Assembly: GCA_001179505.1 (NCBI GenBank)
Contig: CDMY01000638.1
Coordinates: forward strand, 1 to 37,791
Length of the DNA stretch: 37,791 nucleotides
Direction of reading: 5' to 3'
Origin: Vitrella brassicaformis CCMP3155
Taxonomy: Eukaryota > Protista > Chromerida
The notes under the pieces were generated by a model. That model was not told where the DNA came from and searched no databases. It was given only the letters and a program-made list of their open reading frames with translations. Below are positions 1 through 11,153 of this stretch, piece after piece. Made by a program: the position numbers and the translations under genes. Position 1 is the first letter of the stretch; each line of letters starts with the position of its first letter.

Positions 1-1009
1 CATGTGGACAGCGCAGACGTCCCTTTCTCGTTGCATGCGCAACAGGGGGGCCCGCCGCCGTCTCGCGGGATGAGGGTAGGTGGAGGGGGTTGGGTGTAGT
101 CCGATACATGCTCGCTCATCCGAAAAGGAGGAGAAACAGCCGAGAAATCACCAACTCAATCATGGGGGGTGCTCCTTTCTGGTTCCCTGGCAATCCCTGG
201 CGCTCAACGACACCGACCAGGAGGTGGCCAGATTGCAGACCAGCAACCACATACGCAGATTATCGTGGTTTGGTGCGTTATGTTGCTGTGACTGATGGCG
301 GCAGCTGCTGGGACAATCCGCCAAAGTCCGCCAACGGTAGGCAATCCACCTACAAGACATCCCTCCTCATCCGACGGCCATTCGCCTTGGGGCGTATGTG
401 TCTTTTGTCAGCCGCCCACTACTGATTTGGTTGGGCGTCATCTTGACCTGGCGCGAAGAGGACGGCAGCCATCTGTGCGAGAGGACGCATCGGCAGCAAC
501 GGCCAAGGCGCCGCGCAAGTATCGGCATGAATGTAACCCGAATGCATAAACACCAACACAATCACTCGCAAGTAAATGTTGGCGCCATTCTGGTCTCTCC
601 TGTGCTGTCCGACAGACGTCAACGGTAGGGCAGCCGGGGAGGAAGCCACTTCCCCCTGGCTGGGACAAGCCTATCGCTTTAGGCGCCAGACACTTTGACA
701 AACAAACCCAAAAGTAAGTGACATTACACATTTCCAGCCCATCACAGAGTCACACAGAGCACTGTTGCTTTGTTTTCCCTCCCCTTTCACATCAGGCCAT
801 TGGCACAGAAAGAGGTACCACACGAAGAGGACAATCGACTCCATCTCATGAAGCCGATTTTATCATCGTCTCTCTCTCTTTCCCTCTGCTCACAGGAACG
901 TCAAGAAAAAGAGGTGCGGAAGTTGCCGGCGGGCCGTGGGTTTGCCATCCATTCCTGTCAGTGTCCATGCGCGTGTGTTGCTGCTATGGTGTGCCTGTCA
1001 GACCGTGAG

Positions 1010-1712
1010 ATGAAGGTCAGCGAGGCGGAGAAAGCGGTGGAGATTGAACGGAGCAGCAAGTGCGAGATCTCGAGACGGGACAGAGGCGCTACGTGAGGGA
1101 ACGGAGGCCGACCAAATACACAGACGTACACCACTTATCTCGTCTCGATACGTGTGTGTGTGTTTAATGTGTGGTCGGTGCAGGAGATTCACAAGGAGGG
1201 ACTTCAAGGCAAATGGAGGTGGAGTTCGCCGGGGGCGCCGCCGAGCAGTAACTGCTCGAGGAGGCCATCCGAATGGGCATGGGCATCGACTGGTCTGCCG
1301 AGGAGGAGAGGGAGGCGGAGGACGACGAGGAGGAGGAGGCCATCGCGGGCGGCGAGGAGGGCAACGACAATGTGGCTGAGAAGGAGAAGAAAAGGACAAA
1401 GAGAATGAAAAAATCATCATCATCATAATCATCTGGTGCTGTAATGGCATGTAAGTGAAGCGTCAAATCATGTCCCTCATCCATGTGTGCATCGTTGCTT
1501 GTCGTGAATTGTGTGTGTGTGTCTGTTCCTGACGCACCGTGACTGCAGCATCATCATCATTATCATTATTATTATTTTTCTCATCATGGTGGCGGCCATG
1601 CGGACAGAGAGGGGCAAAGACTGCAGGCAAGAGCTGGAGACACTAAACGGCTACGTGTAAGTCTTGACGCAGCTAAGGCGTGTTGCTGTGTCTTTATGTA
1701 TCTCTCTCTCTT

Positions 1713-1744
<32 letters not shown>

Positions 1745-1780
1745 TTTGTGTATTTCTGGCTGCAGCAAGGCACACAGTCC
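1010..1780 (+). pseudogene. Decayed partial copy of the neighbouring unknown gene (acidic tract, Lys run, poly-Ile hydrophobic hairpin exons)
   Basis: Exons and introns are collinear with 2216-2980 (EIHKEGL..MEVEFAGG..EEAIRMGMGIDW vs HIRKEGL..MTVEFAGG..DEAIRAGMGVDW; IIIIIIWCCNG; IIIFLIMVAAMR..ELETL). It has a 1-nt frameshift near 1210, an in-frame TAA at 1249-1251 and further frameshifts near 1410 and 1645. Homology stops near 1780. Confidence 0.75.
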
Positions 1781-4058
1781 ACCGATATCAGGGGGAGAAG
1801 GGCAATCGGACGGACCATAGCCTGTTCGTCATGGCTGGCGCCAAGGAGCGTCATGATATGGGTAACATCCTCGGCGCACATCCAGTGCAATACTACGACG
1901 TAAGCCAGGGATGAGGGCGGGCGCGAAGGCATGTGATGCATGCATGAAATTCACTCCTCACTGCGTGGGCGTTGTGTTGTCATTTATGAGTGCAGCAATC
2001 CAGCCATGTGCACAAGGTGGCCAAGCGAGAGCAGCGTCCAAGTATGATAGCGATGGATACGCCACGAGCATCACGGAGCTGTTCAAGCCGCAGATGGCAC
2101 AGGAGAAGGCGACGGTGGTAGGTCACTCAATCAACCTGGCCAGACAGCCCTTTGTGGACACTCTCGTCCCTTCGCCTCATTGTTTGGTCCTGTTGCTGAC
2201 TGGCTGTGTGTGCAGCATGTGAGAGTGGACCGCGCCGAAGCGCCCGACAAGAATCTCCTTTACACCAAGGGCGAGAGGCGCTATGCGAGGGATCGGCGGC
2301 CGACCAAATACACAGACGCACACCAACTCATGGAGGTGAATGCCACAAGCAATTAAGCGATCAACTTGATCATTTATCTCGTCTTAACACGTGTGTGTGT
2401 GTGTGTGTGTGGTTTGTGCAGCATATTCGGAAGGAGGGCCTGAAGGAAAAGATGACTGTAGAGTTCGCCGGGGGCCGCGCCGAGCCGCAGATGCTCGACG
2501 AGGCCATCCGCGCGGGCATGGGCGTCGACTGGGCGGTGGAGGAGAGAAACGTGGACGTGGAGGAGGAGGTGGACGAGGAGGAGGCCATCGACGGCGGGGA
2601 GGAGGGCGACGGCACTATGGCCGAGAAGAAGAAAAAGAAGAAAAAGAAGATAATCATAATCATCATCATCATAATCATCTGGTGCTGCAACGGCATGTAA
2701 GTGACCGGAGACTCTCGAAATGTCCCTCGGTCTCTACATGGGTGATCGGCGTGATGTGTGTCTGTGTCTGACTCGTTGCAGTATCATTACCATCATCATT
2801 TTTCTGATCATGGTGGCCTACATGCGCCTGGAGGCGGGGGAGGACTGCACACACGAACTAGAGACACTCAAGAGACTACGGGTAAGTCTAATTCACCACC
2901 GATGGATGAGTGGATGGTTGACACATGTGTTTATCCCTCTGCGTGTGTGTATTTGGCTGCAGCAGGGCACACAGCCCGGTGTGAAGGGCAAATGCGACCT
3001 CACCGACCCCAACAAGGTATGCACACACCAACACAAAAGGACGTACCCACACCAACTCACCCACTCATCGGTATGTCTCCCTGTATTTTGTGTCACAGTG
3101 TATGAGTACATCAAGAAGGAGTTCCCCAGCCTGACGCCGTGTAAGCACCAGTCAAACACACATACCTGTGTGGTCCACACATCCATCCCCATCGATATCA
3201 TGTGTGTCTCTGTCTGTCGTGTCTCACTCACCACAGTCGGCTTCCTGCTGTCGGCCATGATTAGCGGCGGGCAGATGGTGTCCGAGTTCTTTACGAGCTG
3301 GCACAAGGCCATGGGGATCGTCCAGGCATGTGACAACGACCTGCACCAGGTGAGTGCCTGCCACGAGAGACCCACACTCGCACACCGACAGACATAGATT
3401 GATGCTGTGTGTTGTGTTGTGTTGTGTGTGTGTCAGGTGGTGAGGCACATTGAGGCCAACTGCAGAGGCCCGTTCCCCCGCCAGCTACCGGAGCTGCTGA
3501 TGGATGAGATCAACTCTCTCCTGGCGCAGCCGGTGCTGGCGGGAACGAACGACAAGGGCGAGGAGGTACGCACACCGAGAGCCGTGAAAGCAGACACACA
3601 TACATATAGCTCACCACTCACGCGTCTGTCATTACTTATGCAGCTGGTAAGGTCATTCATACCTATCTCGAAGAAATACTGGGCCGCCTACCTCAGCGTG
3701 GAGCTATACGAACGCCCCAAACAAGACTTCATCCGCCTGGGTATGCATGTGTCACGCACCACCTGACTGCCCATGTTTTTTATCTGTGTCTCCTATTGGT
3801 GTGGCATGTGCAGGCGTTGGTGTGCCCTGCCAGGTGACAGTCCAGCAATACAACAAGGGCATCCCCGCTGCCGTCCGTCCCACCGCCCTGCCGCCATCAC
3901 ACCTGTCCGACGAGCAGCTCGCCGCCCACGCGGCACTAGGCCGGATCCGCGCTCCCGAGGCCACCGAGCACCTGGAGCGGCGGCGTGCCCGCCAGGCTGC
4001 TCAGACAGTCAATCTGGCCGTCACTGATGGCGCCAAGGAGGATGCGGGAGAGACTTAG
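1780..4058 (+). pseudogene. Multi-exon (about 11 exons) gene of unknown function, probably disrupted
   Basis: Spliced GC3-rich frames read ...EKATV|HVRVDRAEAPDKNLLYTKGERRY|HIRKEGLKEKMTVEFAGG...K8-I10-WCCNGI|IITIIIFLIMVAYMR...|QGTQPGVKGKCDLTDPNK|VYEYIKKEFPSLTP|FGFLLSAMISGG...|VVRHIEANCRGPFP...|LVRSFIP...|GVGVPCQV...AGET* with the stop at 4056-4058. There are phase breaks near 2030 and at the 3098/3099 acceptor, and a GC donor at 2285. The lesions could be sequencing errors, and the 5' end is uncertain. Confidence 0.6.
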
Positions 4059-5224
4059 CAGAAGGGCGGAAGGCCATCGCAGTGTGTGAGAGGGCCACAG
4101 CCATCCCTAGCTACTGTCCATCCATCCCATCCCGTTGCAGACAGATCCTAGAAGATCCTCTTCTATTCTATCGTGTTTGTCGTTGGGGGCTGCCAAGTCA
4201 GTGGCGGATGATCCAATTCGTGGATCGCTGCTTACATTTTATATCCGTTGGTTGTTTGACTTCCAGCACGGGTGGGTGCCGTAATGAGAGACAAAGGACG
4301 CACGAACGATCTTGACCGTCACGACTGCAATTCCGGCTCATGACGTGAAGGAACGTGTCTCTGTCTCTTACCATAGCATCATGCATGTCTCACTGCACAC
4401 CAATTAACGACTTACAAAAGGGCCAGGACGCTCCACGTCCCTCCGTCATGCCCACCCCTCCCTCAGTCTGCATTGCTATCAGCGTGTGTTGGATGCTAAC
4501 CTTCCTCCAACCGCTGCCGCCAATTTTTAATTGAAGTGATGTCCCCCTCACTTTCGGCTGAGTGTAGTGTCTGTGTGTTGGTCTGATGAATGAGTGCAAT
4601 GAACACAACAATATGCGGCTGACCGACATGCGGCGGTTCTGTTTCAATGACTGCGTTGGTGACGTGTGGCGAGGGGTCGACGTGCTAGTGACTTTAAAGC
4701 GTGCCGTTGATGGACTTCTTTGATGTGTCCATCTGTGAGTAATCTGACTGATATCTATGTGTGGGATCTGTGACTGACTGATTGACTGACTGACCGACCC
4801 ACAGGCTGGCTGATTGCTGCCCAGTGAAGACATCCACGTGATCTGGAGGATGCAGACATTAAATCGCAGCCACTCACTCAGGTATGTTTGTATACACCAT
4901 CGATATGCACACGCATCAAGCTCTAAGCACACACACAGCGAAGTACCGCACAGCCAGCCACTGTGAGCCGTGGTGGCTGCGAGGGAAGCCCTCTGTTCCC
5001 GCTAACCAGCCACTCACTCATCTGTCTGTCTGTCCTCCCACCCCACCGCTATAAGCTGCACCCCGTCGAGGTGTTGTCTCACACCAGCATCCATCCCTCT
5101 ACGGCTGTCTCAGCAACCTTGGACATGGGCCGCTGAGTGACCATTTGACAGGCGACACACACAGCCAGCCAGACAGACACTCAAGGCACGTCGTGGGTTG
5201 TGGTGTGTGTGATGTGTGTCGTAC

Positions 5225-7957
5225 CTATGTGGCGGCACTGCGGCGCTCGACCCACAGCCCATCGGCATCGAGGCTGAGCTTGTATGGCCCGCTGTTGAGG
5301 AGGCTGATGCCCGCCTGCTGAGCCATGAAGCGCCGCTGGAAGTCGGTGCACAGGTCATCGTCCCACAAACGCACATATGCCTTCTTGTGACCCTGTCGCA
5401 GCCAAGCGGACGAATGGCGTACCCACGCTGCCTGACAGCTGTGTCGGTAGTGTGGTGTTCTATATGACTTACCTTGAGCTCGTCAGTGAAGGAGGTGATC
5501 GTGGCCATGATGTTGTCGCAGAACTTCTCAAACTGGTCATCCTGTACACCATCTAAAGCAAATCAACAAGCACCCTCACTGCCTGCTGGTTCTCCCATGC
5601 GCTCCCACCCCCTCACCAAGCACGGTGATCGTCACTTCCTCGACCGGCGGCAAGTTGCCGTTGGTGCGACGCCCCCACAGACAGGGGCTCTGGTCAGTGT
5701 GCACGGGCTCCGCGACTGCACTTGCCGACAGATACCAATACACCACCGACAGGCTCCTCTCCTTGCCCCTGCTGACCAACGCCGCCTGCAGCCGCTCGAG
5801 GAACCGCCACACCTCCCCCGCCGGGGCATCCAGCTGTAAGCCGAATTCCAGGTCTCCTATGTCGACGCACGACAGCCTCGGCATGTGCGAGGCGATCTCG
5901 ACTGCGCGTCTCACGTTGCCCTCATTGGCGAGGGCACCATCAAAGAGCAGCAGTGTGTGGGCGGCGGGGAATGTGTCGGCTGTGGCGGCCACACGATGGG
6001 TCTCGTCCCCTCCCCTGTATGTCACTGTGCCGGCTCTCTTGGCGAAGTCGCGAATGAGCTGCTGGGCGGCGGCGGGGCCGGTGCTGCTGCGCGAGAGGAG
6101 CTCCGCGTCAATCCGTCCACACCCGTTGTTGTGGAGCTTCAAGACGCCCTTCTGCACTGCCTCGGGATGGGCGATGGCGTCACTGATCGAAGGCAAAGCA
6201 CAGGAATGAATTGAGCTGTCTGCATTTCCCCGCCCCTCTCTCTCTGTTGTGTCCTTACATGAGCCGTGCAACTCTTTGCGACCGCTCCACAGTCTCATCC
6301 CACATCCACCCCATGTCGATCTCGAGCTCGCGAATGGACCGGCTGACGCCCCTCGCCACCATCACCTCACGCAGCCTGTCGATGCCCGCGAGACTGCTCT
6401 CATCCATCCAGACGCCCCGGAGTGTGCGAAGCGCCGCGAGTGACTGGCCGTCGGCGGGCAGCCCACTCAGCACACCGGCCACCTCGTCTGCGTCCAATAC
6501 GTCAGCGAGGTCGAGCACCTCAATGGCCTCACCCGCCACCCATGACCTCGCACCCTCCACTGACGGCAACCACAACCGTTGCGTGGTGAGCGACTTGACG
6601 GCAGGTGTGCGCCACTGGCGGCCCACGCGAGCCGACAGGAAGGGATTCGGGATGTTGTCGACGGTCTTGAGTGCCGGCAGGTGGACGGGGGCGGCGGGGG
6701 CGGGGGGCAGACGATACGAGGGGCGCGGGTCGGGGATGTCAACGCTGTCGTCGAGCTCGACGTGCTCGAATGCCAACACCTCCAATGTGCCCTCGTCAGG
6801 CGAGTGGCTGCCGTTGTCATCTTGCGCCATCGCCGCAGCGTCAGCTGTCCCCTGCGCTCCCTCCCTCTCTTGTCTCTTCTTCTCTGCGATGGCCTTCCGC
6901 CCGTTGGAATGACCCTCCACCAATGCCACCCACGTCCCGCGGCACCATTCGCCTCGCCACCGGGTGGGGTAGCGGTGCTTGATCTCTCGCACGTTGGTCG
7001 CCCTCTCACCCCATCTCTGGGCCACGGCCAGCGGCATGGTCTCCCACATGCGCCGCGCCGTGTCGTCCTCACAGTCGATGACCAGGTGGGTGTAGTTGGC
7101 GGCCGACTGATGGAAGAGGGGCGTGCCGAGACGCCGGCGGTGGCGCGTCAGCTCCCAGGGCTGCAGGTGGCCGAACACGTTGGCCAACTCGTCACGGGAC
7201 AGCCGACGACGGGCCTGAAGTGACAATCAACAGGACATCAAAGTAAGGTCAAGATGGTTCGATGTATCACATGTATCATGGTGTCGTCCTTACCGGTCCT
7301 TGGTTGTTGACAGGTGGAGGGTTGCCCCTTCGATGGATCAGACGATAAGACGGACCACTGGCCACAGGCGCCTGCAATGCAACAAGACAACATGACAGCA
7401 ACAACAAGGCAGAGGGCGGATCTATGCACATATGGCAATGGACGGCCACCCACTCCACCTCACCTGTGGCTCTGTGTGTGCGGCCCCCGATGCAGCAGCA
7501 GCAGCGGCGTCGGTGGTCGAGGTGGGTGCATCTACAGCTACAGCACTGGCGAGGCTGGGCTCTCTCTGCTGGAGCTTCGGGGGAAGAGTATCCAGGAGGC
7601 AGGCCACGGAGCCCAGCTGATAACTCAACGCCAACCCCACCGGCGACGATGCCTGCACCAACGAAGGACACAGTGAGCGGCTCCTCTGTGATCCAGGCCT
7701 CTCCGTCAGTGAGTGTTATCCACCTGTGCAGCGATGGTGGCGGGATCTTGGTCGAGGTGCAGCGCCAAGCTGTCCTTCACAGTACGGGCATTCGCAACAA
7801 ACTGAACGCTGAGAGAACAAAGCACGTCAAAAAGGAGAAATCGAAAGAACGGCGAAGGCGCCTTTTTCCGCCTGAGTTCTCTCCTGTATGTGTGTGTCGC
7901 CCTGTGCCCTGCCTTGTGAGCCTTCCCGCGTCGCACATTCACCTGATTGACGTCCAT
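5225..7957 (-). CDS. F-box-like/LRR-like expanded-family protein, copy A (8 exons)
   Basis: Exons splice in frame: MDVNQ (7957-7943)|FVANARTVKDSLALHLDQDPATIAAQ (7801-7724)|ASSPVGLALSYQLGSV...|APVASGPSYRLIHRRGNPPP...|ARRRLSRDELANVFGHLQPWELTRHRRRLG...|IDAIAHPEAV...|DGVQDDQFEKF...ELK|GHKKAYV...ERRSAAT* with the stop at 5225-5227. The F-box/LRR call is inferred from the L..DELANVF.HL...EL motif and repeated LxxLxxL/IxxLxI segments. Confidence 0.8.
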
Positions 7958-8224
7958 CAGATGTGCTGGATGTGGAGAACCAGCCACAAAGCTATCAGAC
8001 AGCAAAGGCGGCAGCAATCAAACCCCTGCAATGAGAATGCATCCCAACTCGCAAATGGGAAGTTACACGCCGGTGGGTTAGTGTCCTGTTCTCGCGATGA
8101 TTTGAACAGCATGTAGAACCATCGCGAGAACAGTGCAACACCTTCCATCCATGCAAACATGCAACACCCGTATCCACCGGCCGGCCGAGAGACAATCAGA
8201 CAAACATGCAATGACATCCAACGT

Positions 8225-8524
8225 NNNNNNNNNNNNNNNNNNNNNNNNNNNNNNNNNNNNNNNNNNNNNNNNNNNNNNNNNNNNNNNNNNNNNNNNNNNN
8301 NNNNNNNNNNNNNNNNNNNNNNNNNNNNNNNNNNNNNNNNNNNNNNNNNNNNNNNNNNNNNNNNNNNNNNNNNNNNNNNNNNNNNNNNNNNNNNNNNNNN
8401 NNNNNNNNNNNNNNNNNNNNNNNNNNNNNNNNNNNNNNNNNNNNNNNNNNNNNNNNNNNNNNNNNNNNNNNNNNNNNNNNNNNNNNNNNNNNNNNNNNNN
8501 NNNNNNNNNNNNNNNNNNNNNNNN
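8225..8524. other. Assembly gap (300 N)
   Basis: Run of N. Confidence 1.
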
Positions 8525-9883
8525 TCTCTTGTCTCTTCTTCTCTGCGATGGCCTTCCGCCCGTTGGAATGACCCTCCACCAATGCCACCCACGTCCCGCG
8601 GCACCATTCGCCTCGCCACCGGGTGGGGTAGCGGTGCTTGATCTCTCGCACGTTGGTCGCCCTCTCACCCCATCTCTGGGCCACGGCCAGCGGCATGGTC
8701 TCCCACATGCGCCGCGCCGTGTCGTCCTCACAGTCGATGACCAGGTGGGTGTAGTTGGCGGCCGACTGATGGAAGAGGGGCGTGCCGAGACGCCGGCGGT
8801 GGCGCGTCAGCTCCCAGGGCTGCAGGTGGCCGAACACGTTGGCCAACTCGTCACGGGACAGCCGACGACGGGCCTGAAGTGACAATCAACAGGACATCAA
8901 AGTAAGGTCAAGATGGTTCGATGTATCACATGTATCATGGTGTCGTCCTTACCGGTCCTTGGTTGTTGACAGGTGGAGGGTTGCCCCTTCGATGGATCAG
9001 ACGATAAGACGGACCACTGGCCACAGGCGCCTGCAATGCAACAAGACAACATGACAGCAACAACAAGGCAGAGGGCGGATCTATGCACATATGGCAATGG
9101 ACGGCCACCCACTCCACCTCACCTGTGGCTCTGTGTGTGCGGCCCCCGATGCAGCAGCAGCAGCGGCGTCGGTGGTCGAGGTGGGTGCATCTACAGCTAC
9201 AGCACTGGCGAGGCTGGGCTCTCTCTGCTGGAGCTTCGGGGGAAGAGTATCCAGGAGGCAGGCCACGGAGCCCAGCTGATAACTCAACGCCAACCCCACC
9301 GGCGACGATGCCTGCACCAACGAAGGACACAGTGAGCGGCTCCTCTGTGATCCAGGCCTCTCCGTCAGTGAGTGTTATCCACCTGTGCAGCGATGGTGGC
9401 GGGATCTTGGTCGAGGTGCAGCGCCAAGCTGTCCTTCACAGTACGGGCATTCGCAACAAACTGAACGCTGAGAGAACAAAGCACGTCAAAAAGGAGAAAT
9501 CGAAAGAACGGCGAAGGCGCCTTTTTCCGCCTGAGTTCTCTCCTGTATGTGTGTGTCGCCCTGTGCCCTGCCTTGTGAGCCTTCCCGCGTCGCACATTCA
9601 CCTGATTGACGTCCATCAGATGTGCTGGATGTGGAGAACCAGCCACAAAGCTATCAGACAGCAAAGGCGGCAGCAATCAAACCCCTGCAATGAGAATGCA
9701 TCCCAACTCGCAAATGGGAAGTTACACGCCGGTGGGTTAGTGTCCTGTTCTCGCGATGATTTGAACAGCATGTAGAACCATCGCGAGAACAGTGCAACAC
9801 CTTCCATCCATGCAAACATGCAACACCCGTATCCACCGGCCGGCCGAGAGACAATCAGACAAACATGCAATGACATCCAACGT
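8525..9883. repeat. Exact 1359-bp direct duplicate of 6866-8224, including exons 1-5' of copy A (ATG at 9616); likely false duplication
   Basis: Constant offset of 1659, identical ORF translations in both copies, and both copies end exactly at the gap edges. Confidence 0.9.
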
Positions 9884-10465
9884 TGTGAGTGACAGGATCC
9901 AGTGAGATATCAGGAGACAGACAAGGCAAGCCATGCAAACAGGAGGCAGCCAGCAAGCGAGAAAAGAACACTTCACCCACCCAGGCAGGCAGTAGGATCT
10001 GTCCTCACTGACGCACACATCCATTCCACTGCAGACGCCCACGCACACCAACCGGCGTGGATGAGTGAATGGGCGAGGAACGTCTCTCTACCCATCCATA
10101 AGCAGCTGCCACCGCCCGGCCCGCCCATGACAGCACAGGTGGACCGACGGGGCCGTGGGTGTGTCCTTACTGTTTGTCTGTCTGTGTGTCCCCTGTCTGC
10201 CAATCTCCGGGGTGAATGTCAACCATCCGATGCCCAATTGAAACGAAACAAGAGGGTCTCACGTTCCCTCACAGAGACACGAACCCACACACATTGAAGG
10301 TCTCCAGGCATCAACAGACTTAGCTCGATCAAGCAGAAAAAGTCGTCGTCGGACCAAGCAATAAAATCACATGGTACAACCTACTCATACACTGACTCAT
10401 CGATCCCGTCACCCGTCCACACACACGAACTGGATGGGCGGGCTGTGTGGTGTGAGAGATAGAGC

Positions 10466-10544
10466 CAGGCAGCTCGCTATTCATCGGGCTGGGCCGCTCC
10501 CTCCAAGGGTTGCGCAGCCGTCAGCCGTCACTCGCGGCCCCCTG
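10466..10544 (-). promoter_or_regulatory. Eukaryotic SECIS element (type II, GUGA variant) in the 3' UTR of the deiodinase-like gene
   Basis: Minus strand reads CAGG-G-GGC-CGC GA GUGAC GGCUG-AC-GGCUGC GC AA CCCU-UGG-AGGG A GCGGCC-CAGCC CGAU GAAUA GCG-A-GCU-G-CCUG. It shows the UGAC/CGAU non-Watson-Crick quartet, an 11-bp helix II, unpaired AA, an apical mini-stem and a 10-bp helix I. It lies about 215 nt after the stop codon of a gene with an in-frame UGA. Confidence 0.88.
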
Positions 10545-10747
10545 TCACTAATTCACACGCACATGGCAGCAGACGTCACATAGCATGTTATCTATGTGTG
10601 TGTGTGTGAGTGGATGGGGTGTTGGGACGTCGAGGTCAGATACAGAGATGCAGCAAGGGCGCAGCGATTGCATACATTTCCACTGGCCTAAACTCATTCA
10701 TTAGAAACGTACAAAAGCATGTGCGGCCAGCAGCAGCTATGGCCTGT

Positions 10748-11119
10748 CTATGCGGTGATAACATTCTTCCGTAGGAATGCATTGATCTCCATCGACTCGT
10801 ACAGAATGCCGCCGTCGGGCAGACCCAAAGCAGGCACCTGACTCACACAGACACACACACACACGCACACACACCATCCATCGGCCTTGCACATGTGAGT
10901 GTAACAGCACAGCACCTCCTACCTGTGTGAGTCCGCCCCTCTGTTTGAGTTGGTCCTTCTGCGACGGGTCGCCCTTGACGTCCACCAGCGGCAACATGCC
11001 CTGCAGCCCCAAAGCAGTCAGCTGGTCCAGCACATGGACGCAGAAGGGACACTGGGGCATGTAGAAGAGGCAGTAGCCCTCCTTCGACAGATCCTGCACA
11101 CACGCAGCCCACACAATCA

Positions 11120-11153
<34 letters not shown>

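Noticed and set aside
1-700. ORFs 80-295, 90-425 and 398-628 with protein-like stretches, possibly a decayed gene
   Set aside because: No recognisable motif and no consistent splice model; the window edge removes context.
2391-3105. His-rich alternative frame (DNHNHHHHNH...HYHHHF) that would avoid the 3098 phase break
   Set aside because: Codon third-position bias favours the Lys/Ile frame; the His frame is a by-product of the (ATC)n run.
4060-5100. ORF 4390-4932 and other ORFs in this interval
   Set aside because: Low-complexity composition derived from simple repeats and no codon bias; consistent with 3' UTR or intergenic DNA between convergent genes.
8086-8133. 14-bp perfect inverted repeat with a 20-nt loop upstream of copy A (ctgttctcgcgatg...catcgcgagaacag)
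   Set aside because: Too short for a MITE call, no target-site duplication seen, and not conserved upstream of the other copies.
7957-8882. Long ORFs running through Ns (for example 7957-8619, 8133-8882, also 26915-28202)
   Set aside because: Artefacts of translating the 300-N gaps.
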